DNA of 63,851 nt, counting the filler, from Olpidium bornovanus S191 (lineage: Eukaryota > Fungi > Olpidiomycota): NCBI GenBank assembly GCA_017911155.1. It is 27 parts of 27 records of this genome, joined end to end, with 100 filler letters (N's around TTAATTAATTAA, not from the genome) between each part and the next. Parts side by side here need not be neighbours in the genome. Positions count along the whole stretch, not along the records: positions 33,737 to 35,124 come from JAEFCI010008710.1; positions 35,225 to 37,774 come from JAEFCI010003324.1; positions 37,875 to 39,408 come from JAEFCI010008479.1; positions 39,509 to 42,382 come from JAEFCI010002255.1; positions 42,483 to 43,940 come from JAEFCI010003169.1; positions 44,041 to 46,002 come from JAEFCI010004023.1; 21 more parts are not named here. One strand, written 5' to 3'. The notes beneath the pieces are model-generated. The model had not been told where the DNA came from, searched no databases, and saw only the letters and a program-made list of their open reading frames with translations. Position 1 is the stretch's first letter, and every line of letters starts with the position of its first letter. A program made the position numbers and the translations under genes. This document shows, piece after piece, positions 34,621 through 46,102 of the stretch.

Positions 34621-37600
34621 CGGGTCACTTTTGTTACTTTCTCTGCTCTCTTCTGCGACTTTGGACGTTTGCTCACTCGCCCAGGAAAGCTGTTATTTTG
34701 TTCGGCGGCGAATTCCTACGCCAGAGGGAAGGGCGGCGGGGGGTTCTTGATTTTGCCGTGATGCACTGTGCATTAGTTATGGAACGCCGTAAAACCCCCC
34801 TTACAGATACATTTGCCTTCAATGTAGAACTATTACATTTAATTCAATGTAGAATTATTACAGGGTTAGTTGCGGCATTTATTTTAAATAGGAACACTGC
34901 AAACGGAGTACGCAATATTAATATGCACTAGCTAATAAGTTTTAGTAATACCACCGAAGGTACGAGAAAGCGACGAAAAACGTAATTGGGGATATCAACG
35001 ACGCATGATGCGAGACTAAGCGTTTTTGCACAGAGTTTGGGTGCATATAAAGAAAATGTGAAGTAAGAGATAAAAAAAAGGAAATTATCTCGCAGGTTTC
35101 AGCAGTTGCTCAAGCCGGAGGTGANNNNNNNNNNNNNNNNNNNNNNNNNNNNNNNNNNNNNNNNNNNNTTAATTAATTAANNNNNNNNNNNNNNNNNNNN
35201 NNNNNNNNNNNNNNNNNNNNNNNNCATAAACAGAATCGAAAAATGGATTGGAATTCTGTACTGTAACGAGTAGGATCAATAATTCCGTTACTAATGTTTA
35301 TATAAGGTTCCAGCAACCGGGGGTGCACGGAAGGATAGTCCATGAGAAACAAAAGTAGGCCGGAGCCCCGCGTGAGGCGTGAAAAGCAATTCTGACAAAA
35401 CGTACACAATGCGTGCAGGGAGTATCATGATGTTACCTGAGTCAGGTACCAGCTAGCTCCGTTGGGTCATAGGTGACAAGCGGCCCTGCACCCCTTGCTC
35501 TGGGCGATCGCGTCCGGTCGACGGTCTAACCGACCAATAAAATCGCAATCGCGGCGAGGGGGGTGCGGTCGGGGCCCCCCCGGAAAAGGACGTCGGCACG
35601 CGCCTCGGTCTGCCGTTCGCCGCTCACTACGGCCCGCGACAACCCCGAATATGTGGGCATGTATTAATTTGTACTGTACCATTCATTATTAATTACCACT
35701 TACCGTGTGTCTAGTCTACTAGTAAAATGTTATGCGCGTCGGTCCCAGTGGCCAAGATGAAGCAGAAGCTGTTCAGGCGTCGGCGAAGCATGACGACGCG
35801 GGCCGAACGAATTCGAACACCACCTGCGTCGCGCGCGGAAGACGCGCAGGTCCCCGACTCGCTTGACGTTCCGCCGCGCTTTTCGCGGCAGTTCTGTTAC
35901 CGAGCCGTAAAGCACCCCGCACGCCACCGCTCGGGACAAAATCTTCGGATATTCGTGCTGGACAGCCTCAAAAGGAGAAGTCTGCTCCTTATGAATCACT
36001 TTATATCGACGCCTTTCCGGCGGGTGTACAATTAGGCGGGGGGGGTGGGCGGTGGGGGGTAGGAGGTGTGGGGAGGGGGGAAACTGCAACGAAAAGTGAA
36101 AAACGTTTCAGACACCGACGCGGAACTCGTAAACTTTTTTGGCGTAGTAACCGCCAGTTCCGGCGGCGGCGACGCCCAGGGTGAGCGGGACGGATTTCCT
36201 CGTCCGGAAGCCGCGCGGCAGAACGGCAGCCGAAAGAGCGAAGGAGGCGACCGCGGCGAGTTCCGCGCCGTAATCCTTGTTCGTTTGAATAAGGTATCTT
36301 TGCGGAGGTGACAGAAAACGGAATTTTAAGATCAGCCGTTCGTCAGCTTCCTACTTCTTCGACTGCGGGTGGCGCCGCAAGTTTGTTCAAATGTGACGAC
36401 GGGCGAAGTTGGCCTTTCCAAACAATACCCTGCTACGCCGTATATTGCTCCGAAGCCCAGCCCGGCAATGAGAGAGGGCGCGGAGCGCGATTTGGCGTAT
36501 CCCATGATTCCTCCCAGCGCAGCTGTTAAGATTTCGGTTAACGAGGCAACCGGGGAAGTTACAAATGCCCACGGCCACTCGCCGGACGAAGGGCCCGCGA
36601 TCGCTCCCAGGCCGTGGCGCGGCGTTGGTCATAGCGTCTCAACGGACACAGCCCAATCATGGCCACCGCGTTGCAACGAATCAGACTTACAGACGCCTGG
36701 TACGCAAAAGAACCGAAGGCAGGAAAGGCGTTGATTGCGCGGAAAAAGGGGTAAGAACAACGTAATAAAAACGAAGCATGCGTACTGCCCGCGAGCGCCG
36801 CGACCTATTTGCGGCACACGGAAGCATAACTTCGCCGGCTTTCTGCAAGCGCACTCCTCCCGGAGAGCCTCCGGGTTTCTTTCCCCGCGCCCGCCCAGCC
36901 TGCGGCTGCGTACCTGCCATGGTGTAGGCCACGTGGTGCGACATGGCTCGTTCCGGTCCTGTACACAAAACTGGTCCGGGGTGTTTTTCGATTGGCGTTT
37001 GCGCCACCGGAATTTGCTTTGCCGCGTTTGTTGTTGGCAGCGCCATCCGGCAGATCACGTGACGTCACTGGACCAGGGGCTCGATTAGGCCCGGCGGTCT
37101 GTACCCGCAAACGCGGACCGCTCCTTGGCCGTTAGCATGCTGCCTGATGTTTGATACCGCCGCATCGCATCACTTACATCAGCTCCGGCTGGCAGCTGCC
37201 GACACGCGGCAAAGGGTTGAAGGGAAACCACCGGACTGACGGCAAACGAAAGAAAAGTTTCTGTTGCCCTCGTCTCGGGGAGAAAAGGAGGGAAGGCGTT
37301 TTAAATATTGGATCCAGGCTGGCCGCCTTATTCTTGCGTGGCCTGCTGAATGAGATCCCAGACACCCTCTTCTGTGCCTCCCTCCACACTCGTCCCCGCC
37401 CCCCCCCCCTGCACTCCCCTACCCTCCCCCCCTAACGCTGATGCGGTCCAGGTCTGCCGTGAAGTCTGCCAAACACCATGATTCACAACGAGCACCACTG
37501 CGCCGGTAACTGTCCTAGAGCTCCCGCGTTTATCACGCCTCAAAGAGGGTGCGGTTTCGTAGTCGGTATGGGATCCGTGACGCTTGAATAACCCGACCTG

Positions 37601-38374
37601 CGTCAATTTGACTCAGCGCTGTCCGGACCTGCAACAGCAACTCGTTTATGAGACATGTAACCCGAGGTTGATTGGGGCCGACGTCGTCGCAGAGAGTGCA
37701 TTCGCGCCATTACCTGCAGACAGTACCGGCTTTCGCAGAAAATAGCGATCTCCCACGTTCCGTAATCCGGCAACNNNNNNNNNNNNNNNNNNNNNNNNNN
37801 NNNNNNNNNNNNNNNNNNTTAATTAATTAANNNNNNNNNNNNNNNNNNNNNNNNNNNNNNNNNNNNNNNNNNNNAAGACGCTGTTCAGGAAGAACGGTCA
37901 CCGCACCGCCAGCGAGCTCGGGGCGACCGGCTCTTTGTCCGCCCAAGTCGCCAGTTGGATGGCCAGCATTATGACCGACAAGCAAAAAACGCATGACCCC
38001 GTCGAGATGGAGATCGCGCACGGGCCGGTGTTTCCGAGCGCCGACGACGGGTCGCCCGCGGTCTCCAAGTCGAGCCAGATGAGGCATTTCTCCGGCTCAC
38101 CCAGCGGGCCGCCGGCCGCGGAATCCGGCGGCTTCCTGATCGACCTCACGTCCGTGAACACGCAGAGAGCGACGCCGAGAATCTTTTTTTTTTTTTTTTT
38201 TTTTTTCGAGCGAAACGCCGGCTTCAGCAAAACAACTCCCACCCTTTACCCCTCCCCATTCCCTCCGGTCGCTTTTGGCGAAACCAGATATCGCCGGCGA
38301 AGGGACTGGAGTGCAAACAATTTGCGTTTTTCTTTTTTTTTTTTTTTTTTTTTTTTTACCTACGATGGTCAGCG

Positions 38375-38525
38375 CGAGGACTGCCGCGCTCCGGAACGGC
38401 GCGCCAATTTTCAGATGCTGGTCGTCGAAGTCCCCGGCCAGAGTGACGGGGAGATCCGTCAGCCTCTTGCCGGGGAGCGGCACGAGGTCGTTCCGGTCGA
38501 TCTCCGCGGCCGGATACAGCATCTG
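38375..38525 (-). CDS. Internal exon of an unidentified spliced gene
   Basis: CAG acceptor, then MLYPAAEIDRNDLVPLPGKRLTDLPVTLAGDFDDQHLKIGAPFRSAAVLALTI, then a GTAGGT donor. GC3-rich. Family not recognised. Confidence 0.45.
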
Positions 38526-39737
38526 GGTGTCGTGCGGGGTGAGTGTGTGTGTGTGAGAAAGGGTGGTTCGCGCGTCTTTTGACGAAAGGTGTCGATCCTT
38601 CCCTCCCCTCTTATACCCTCCGTACCCCAGAGGAAAAAGCAGGCCGGGCGCTTTGCCGGGTTCAAACTTTTTTTTTTTCCTCTTTGCCGCGTTTCGAAAA
38701 GCCGGCGCGGAAAGTTTTCTGCAGGCCCCCGTTTCGGGGAAAAAAAAAAAAAAAAAAAAGGCCCGACAGACCGTTGCCATGGAGGCCCCCGCGCTCAGAA
38801 TCATGAGACCCGACTCCCCCTCGCGACGGCCGGTTTTCGCAGGTCCTGCTCACGGCCCGCCGGCAACCCTTGCCCCCCCCCCCCCCCCGCCTTGCGCGCT
38901 TGGCCGCGCCCGGCACGCAGACGCCGGCGGGGAGCCCGCTGCGGGTATGACGTTGGCTTTTTTTGGCCCGTGCGTGTGGGTCCGTGGAAAAGGCGTTTGG
39001 AGGCTCCCGGCATCTGTTGCGTCTCACGGTTTGGTGTGCTCACTGCCGCCGTCGACCAACTCGCTGACCGCCGACTGGTGGGGGCGGCTGAAAACGAGCT
39101 GAACGGCGCGCCTGGCTGAAAGCCACAAGAGTGTATCGACGATCCAAGGATACTATAAACGTTTTTGCACGGAATGCCGAGAAAGCTATTTTTTGTGCCG
39201 CCGCCGGTGACAAGAGATCGTGGCGACAGTTCCGCGGCTGAGGCCGAACAGGATGCATATTCGCGGAGTCGACCAAGTGTCCTCTGTATAAACCTTTTTC
39301 GGACTGCGTCCTGCAGAATGTAAATTCCGCCACCGTGTAGCATCCTTGGCAAGTTCGTGTTTCGGCTAGCAACGTTTTTCCCGCAAACGCTTTGTGCTGT
39401 TGTGCATGNNNNNNNNNNNNNNNNNNNNNNNNNNNNNNNNNNNNNNNNNNNNTTAATTAATTAANNNNNNNNNNNNNNNNNNNNNNNNNNNNNNNNNNNN
39501 NNNNNNNNACTTTCCCACCCCCACCCCCCCCCCCCCCCGCCCCCCCCCGCCCCCTCCCGCGCGGCCCCGCCGCCACTGCCAAGTTGAAACGGGGCCGGTT
39601 AGCCCCGCGGGAAGTGCGGGAAGGGGCGGGTGGGCGGGAGGCCGAGCTCCGGCAGGAAAGGCCGCGCGCTGCCGCCGCCGGAGAGCAGAAAACGCATGTG
39701 AAAGAATCCGGGATAACGGCGGGGGGGAAAAAAGGGG

Positions 39738-40364
39738 GGGAAATGTACATATAAAAGGCACAAATGAGAAAATATCTACCCACAGGGGCACAATGGAAAG
39801 ATATTTTACCTAGAAGGGCACAGATGAGGAAAATGTTACGAGGAAGGGCATTGTTGAGATGTAAACTTAACGGCGCTGGCGGCGATCACATGTCACCTTG
39901 TTGTGGCCCTTCTCACCGCACTATCCACAGCTGATCTGGCTCTCCACATCAGCTTCGCCGCGGCTTCGCAGCCGACTTTTGGGGGGGCGTCCGGCCTCCT
40001 TTATAGCAGCTGGAGGACGGGTTGTGCCGTCTGCCTCTGTCGCAGCCACGTCAACAAGAATTCCTCATAAACTTTGCGTAGAGCTTGAACGGAGTAGCTG
40101 AGGTGAGCAAACTCGCTGATGTCGCGACCAGTCCGCAGAGCCCCGGCGCAAGCGTGCACGCAAGGCAGCTGCTCTTGCTGGTAAGCTCCGCAAGAACATG
40201 AATGGTTCTGGAAAGGATGAGCCCCGGGGGGTGGTTCAGGATGGGGCGGGACGGGACGGGATGGGAAGAGTCCTGTGCCGGGGGAACGTTCGGGGAATCG
40301 GGAGTTTTGTGTGGCCCTCTCGGTAGTTATTTTCTCATGTGATGCCCTCATAAGTAAATTTTCC
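39738..40364 (-). mobile_element. Non-autonomous Mutator-like (MULE) derivative: imperfect TIRs around a SWIM-finger fragment
   Basis: Internal CSCGAYQQEQLPCVHAC (CxC..CxH SWIM) followed by YSVQALRKVY. The left arm 39738-39792 (GGGAAATGTACATATAAAAGGCACAAATGAGAAAATATCTACC..) matches the reverse complement of 40310-40364 (GGAAAATTTACTTATGAGGGCATCACATGAGAAAATAACTACC..). Confidence 0.75.
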
Positions 40365-41093
40365 AGCCCCAAAAAACTAAAAAAAAAAAAAAACCAGAAG
40401 AATATCTTCCGCGCCGCCCGCCCGGCGCGCGCGTCTCGGCTCCGCCGCGTAAACAAAAAAGCGGCGACGGACTCGCGGCAGCCCAGCACGCGGAAAAAAT
40501 AGTAGGGAAAACGGAGAAGGCTGACACCCCCCCCTCCCCCGCACTGGCAGGCGACGCCCTTGCGCCGCGGCACAATTTTTTCGGGCGAATACGATACACT
40601 TGCGAATTGTGCCAGGTGGAGGCGGTTTGGGGTGGGTGAGGGGCGGGGCTCTGTTTTTGAACTCTTCACTTTTTCTCTCCGACGGCGGCCACAGGGCTGC
40701 TGCGGCGCGCACCCGAGAGACGCGCGCACGCGAACACGCTTGTCCTTCCGACGCGGGCGAGGACGGGCCCAAGCGACAATAAAAAATTGCGTCGCAGCCA
40801 TCACAGGTCGGTCGACCGGGCGCAGCTCCCGTCCGGCATTCCTTTGGGTTCGGAAAGGACAGCGGCCACGTGTTCCGGAGGCCCCTCCTCGGTCTCGCCG
40901 CCGTAACGCCGGTGGAACGCTTCGATCGGCCGGTCCTGTTTGTTTGCGCACGGGGAAGAGGGGAGAGGGGAAAAACGAACGGGGAGCGGGGAAGGGGAGG
41001 GGGGATTAGGAAGACAATTGAGTCGCCAGGACAATAGAGGCCGAGAGGTTTGGTTTCCCGCTCTTCGAAAACACCGGAAACTTTAAACCTTCT

Positions 41094-41143
<50 letters not shown>

Positions 41144-41159
41144 ACCCCCCCTTCCCGGT

Positions 41160-42150
41160 GTTCACCTTCTGAACAGGCCGCCCGGCCGGCTTGGCCGAGG
41201 CCGGCACGAATTCCGCGTAGTACCGGTAGTGGAGACGCTCGTGCTCCGGGCGCAAGCAGGTGACCTTGTCGGGCACGGCGTCGTCAACGTCGAGGCGTCT
41301 GCTGCGAGCGCCGTTCGGCCGGTGCGTGATCGGATTGTCGTTGCACTGGAGTGTTTGTCAGGGCGAAACGCGGGGGTGGGAGGCGGCGCGGGCGCGTTCC
41401 GTGTCAGCCCGGGTGCGAGGCGGCGGGGGCCCGTTTCCCCCCTTTCCCCTCATACCCTCCCCCCCTCCCCCCCCTCCCCTCTTCCCCGCAATCTAGCGGG
41501 GGCGACTGCTCGAAGGACCTCGCGAATTCCGCTCTTTGATATCTCTCTCTCTCTCGCGCTCTCTCACTGTCGCTCTCTCGCATATGTACCATCCGGTTCG
41601 GCAGGCCCGCCGGCCTGACCCCCCCCGCGTCATTCTCGTGGTGCCGCCGCCGCAAAGCACCCGCCTCCTGCGCCTCCTCCTGCTCCCCTTCCTTCGGGTG
41701 CGGGATCCTGTCGCCGATGTCGGACGAGTCGCAAGGTTGCCCGAGGAGCTTTCCCTGCGGAAAACCGGGGGGGGAAGGAAAAACACACCGCTGCCCGTCA
41801 TTGTCCACCGTCTCCTCACCCCTCTCGTCCTTTCCGGGCCGCCCGCCTCCGGAACCTTTCCGGCAAACGTCTGTTTTTTTTTTTTTTTTTTTTTCCAAAC
41901 CCCCCAAAGCTTTTAAAGGGGGCTTCGACGCGCTCACCTCGTCCGGGCGGCCGTCGCCTTCCAAGACGCCCTCCGGAAACGGGACCTTGACGATCGTGAC
42001 CGGGTCGGCGTTTGCGCCCGGGTGGTGGAGCATCAGGACCTCCTTGGCCCCGGTCGCCCGCCGCGGCTCGGCCACCCGCGTGACCTTCTCGACCTTAACG
42101 CAGCAGCCTTCGGCTGCCAGGGCGGAGACGGGGAATCGGGGCTGCACCGA
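41160..42150 (-). CDS. Unidentified multi-exon protein fragment
   Basis: Coding-like exons such as CNDNPITHRPNG..DKVTCLRPEHERLHYRYYAEF and EKVTRVAEPRR..VTIVKVPFPEG, with canonical splice signals. Family not recognised. Confidence 0.45.
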
Positions 42151-43349
42151 TCGACGGGACCTTCTTGAGGAATTTTATTTTTTGTCGTCGGCGGCGGCGA
42201 CGGGAAGCCCCGCGCCCCCCGCGGCGCGCGACCGAGCGGGCGATCGGGAGGGGGAGGTGGGGACGGCCGGTGGTTGGAGAACGCGGTCAAACTCACCCCC
42301 GCGCAGATTTCAAAAAATAAAAATAAAATAAAAATAAAAGAAAAACCCCGTCTAGCCAGCAAAGGGACGCGCGCGGGGCGCGNNNNNNNNNNNNNNNNNN
42401 NNNNNNNNNNNNNNNNNNNNNNNNNNTTAATTAATTAANNNNNNNNNNNNNNNNNNNNNNNNNNNNNNNNNNNNNNNNNNNNAACTAGCGGCTTCTGGCG
42501 TGGCACGTCTTACAGACCGCGTCGCTCTGAACAAAGGAAAACGCTAAAAGGAAAAGTAAAGGAAATCAACAAAGCAAGCGTCTTATCTGCCTTCCCGTAC
42601 ATGTATACGGCAGCTTATCCGTGGCCGGGAGAATGCATAAGAAAGAAAGGTATACTTCACCTCAAGCCGTAACGTCAGCGCACCGCGGAAGCCGTCTTCC
42701 CGGCGCTTGACAAGGGAGATCGCCGGCCGGCCTCCTCCGCGGCCTCCGCCCTACTCCCTCCGCCCCGGACGCGGACGGGTCTCCAATCTTGTGGGGCTGA
42801 AGGGAAAAAGAGGGAGTGAATGAGAGAGCGAAAAGCGCGATTCAAGCGCTCTGCTGCACTGCGGCCGGGCGGATCGGACGCGAAAACGAGCTGCTCCGGG
42901 TCGCGCCGGAGGGCTGGGCCCCCGAAATCGCCATCGTTACGCCAGTTTTTTTTTTATTTAGAACGTCGGCCCCGGCTCCGCCCCCGCGCCCCCTACCTGG
43001 GGCGACTTTAATATCTGGGGCAGTAGCCGCCGTATCGATCAGCACACGAGCGGGATGGCGGGCTAAGCGCTTTTTTTTGGCTTCGCTGCGCGCGCGGGGG
43101 GGGGGAAGGAAGGGGGCCAGACGGGCGGTCGGTCCGCCCGCGGAGGAGCGCGCGGGAAAAGAATTTCTCTCGCCGCGTCGCGCGCCCAGAAAACCAAATC
43201 GCCCGTTTCGCTCGGCGGCCGCCCTCGCTCTCTCACCCACCCGCCTTCCCCTCCCAAAAAGGAAAAAAAAAATCGCGCGAGCCAAAAAGAGGATCAGAAG
43301 CTCGCTTGCCCGCCGCCCGTCCGCCGCCCACGCCGCGCTTCCCCCTTCC

Positions 43350-43665
43350 CCCTTCCCCTCAGCCTCAATCCTTCACCCTCGCAGCAGAAGCGGCAGCAGC
43401 CTCCCCTCCCTCCTCCGCCGTTCCCGCCGCGCCCCCGCAGGACGACGAATTCGCAATGTACGACGACAACGGCAACGTCCGCAGTGCCGCCCGGGAAGCC
43501 GCCGGAACGGTTGCTGAGAAGGCCCGCGGAGTGGAGACCGCCGTGATAAGTAGCGCCCCTTCCAATTGGATCCGCACAGCCTGGGGTGTGGCGTCAGACG
43601 TCATGGGCGCCGTCTGGAACCGCGGCTCAGACTTTCTGCAGAGACACCCGCAAATCAATGTTCGT
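43350..43665 (+). CDS. Hypothetical protein exon
   Basis: DDEFAMYDDNGNVRSAAREAAG..NWIRTAWGVASDVMGAVWNRG lies in a GC3-rich frame flanked by pyrimidine tracts. Confidence 0.35.
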
Positions 43666-45227
43666 GGTATTTTCCGCGCGCGTGCGCGCCCGTCCATATC
43701 ATGACTTGGTTGGCATTGGAAGAGGAGGGGGGAGCCTGGGGGAAGAGGGCGGGAAAAAAATGCGGTGGAAAGGATAGGGAAGGAGAGAGGAAGAGGGGGG
43801 GGGGAGAGCAGGAAAGAGGGGGTTCGCATTGGCTGGCCGTCCCGTTCCAAAGGCGCAAAAAAGCAAAGCCGGATATTGCGGCCCGCCGACTGTTGTGAGC
43901 ATCTTTCAAAAACTTCTTTGTGGCAGACGAGCGTCTCACTNNNNNNNNNNNNNNNNNNNNNNNNNNNNNNNNNNNNNNNNNNNNTTAATTAATTAANNNN
44001 NNNNNNNNNNNNNNNNNNNNNNNNNNNNNNNNNNNNNNNNCATGATCTGCTCCTTGGCCCCCGTGCTGCGGCCTCTTGCGCTTGGACGGTCGTTTCGGCA
44101 TATATATCATCCCGCTCCAACCCCACCGGATCGCAAAGCCGGATTTTTGGGCATTGAATTTCGCCCGTTCCGAACGGCTCTGACACCTAGGCACACCCAA
44201 ACTGTCTGAAAGTATTCCTGCTCAGCCACGCGGCGGTTTGCAGGAAGTCCCGACGTTGGAATTGCTTCCTCCTCCCGCCCTCACCATACAAACTCCAATG
44301 CTAGCTACAACACCCGATTATCCTTGGCCGACCAGATAAGCAGCTAGAACGGCTGCTTGCGTTTGATCTCCGTTTCAAGAGTCCGAGGTCGTCGGGAGAT
44401 TTGACCGAGAAACTCCCGCCTCGGTTGGGCGGGTGGCGAAGGGGGGTTGGATGGGTGGTGTGCGCGAGGCAATCCCCTGCGCGGCGCACCCGCCCGTTTC
44501 CCCTTTTCCCAAAGAGATCCTTAAAAAGGCCGGAGAGATTTTGCGGCGCGCCGGCAACAATCTGTCATCTCTCACAGAGGGGTAGAGGGGGGGGGGGGAG
44601 GAGACGGCCTTGCGCGAAAGCGTGGGTCCCGGTTTCGCGACGATTCGGTAGCGCAGCGCTATTTATTCCAAACGGCCGTAGAGTGCGGGCAGGGCTGGGA
44701 GGGCGCGGCGAATTTATTACGATTTCGGCAAACGTCTTGAATGGCTTTCCGGAGAGCAAAAAAAAAAAAAAAAAAAAAAAAAGGAAATGCATCGGCAACC
44801 TGAATTCTCGCCGGGGCGCGCGGGAGCTCTATCCGGGTTTCGTGGCAAAAAAGCGGTAATATTATCTCTGACTCTTGCATTTCTCCAAATGGCCGCCGGG
44901 TATCCGGCCTTGCGAATGAGAAAGCTGCCATCCGGGCTGCTTTTAAAATCCTTGTATGCACGCGTGACGACGTCGAAATGCCTTTTCCAAAAGGAGATGA
45001 GGCGTCGCTGTCCTGGTTAAACCATGCTTTAAAATTAAAACACCTAGCCCACCACGACTGTTTCTCGCGTGATCTTCGAAACCGAACTCTACGTTACATT
45101 GCCTTGTGCAGCTTGGATTTCGGATGCGAAACTAGAAGTCCTGTTCTGGCCAACCGTTAATCTTCTCATGGCGGTCAGCGTGCTTTTTGCGGAGTTCGAG
45201 AACCTGGATAACGCCGCGAAATGGGGT

Positions 45228-45781
45228 TTAGCACTGGCGACCCGCAAGTGCGCGGACAAAAGTAAAAGTTACTTTTCTCTTGACACCGGCTGCCGGCCTG
45301 CCGGGGAGCAGATCCAACAATTCCACCCAGCTGGACGCCTCCCTTTTCTCTTCAAAATATCTGAAAAGCGTCTGAACCTCAATCTGGGTCCATTTCTTTC
45401 TCTCCTGGTAAACGCTTCTGTCCTCCCCGACGGTTGGAACACGAATTGGCGCGGCACATCCCTGTTTCTGAAGTGCACAATACTTTGAAATCGTCTGAAT
45501 ATGGTCTTTGCTGGAACCAACGGCGAATTCCTGAAATAAGTAACTGCGCAAACCTTCGTTTCGCATGCTCCTGGAGCGCGTCCAAGAGACTTGCTGATGC
45601 GTATCCAATCAACAACCATATGCTCAGAACGGCAAAGAGCGAGTTGTTTCATGTCCTCTTGGCTCCACCTCTTTTTATGGTTAACAGGGAGCGGATCTGA
45701 ATAGTTTTGTGGCCGTGTAGCCTGCCCAACATCTAAAGGCTCTTTCAAATGAAATGGGTTCTTGCTTAAAATAGCATGCAT
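45228..45781 (-). CDS. Myb-repeat DNA-binding protein fragment (possibly decayed)
   Basis: Two Myb-like repeats in different frames: KRWSQEDMKQL..DWIRISKSLGRAPGACETK and KKWTQIEVQTL..SWVELLDLLPGRPAAGVKRK. Base composition is lower in GC than the host genes. Confidence 0.55.
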
Positions 45782-46102
45782 AGCTATTGATGCATTTTGT
45801 TAAAGACTGTATTTGCCGCTATAGTCGGGCAAAAAAATTAGGTTTCTTACCTTTGTTAGATGCGTAACTATGCTTCACCAGCATGCCGGAAATCGTTTGC
45901 AAGTTTGATTGTTTCGCTGTTAGGTTCCAATGCAGATTTGTCTCTTCTTTAGACCATTTACTATAAACTCTGCAACGGACACCCGGCATCTTCTTGTGGA
46001 ACNNNNNNNNNNNNNNNNNNNNNNNNNNNNNNNNNNNNNNNNNNNNTTAATTAATTAANNNNNNNNNNNNNNNNNNNNNNNNNNNNNNNNNNNNNNNNNN
46101 NN

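Noticed and set aside
35225-37774. Several 100-120 aa ORFs in this contig
   Set aside because: No motifs, codon bias or consistent splice structure.
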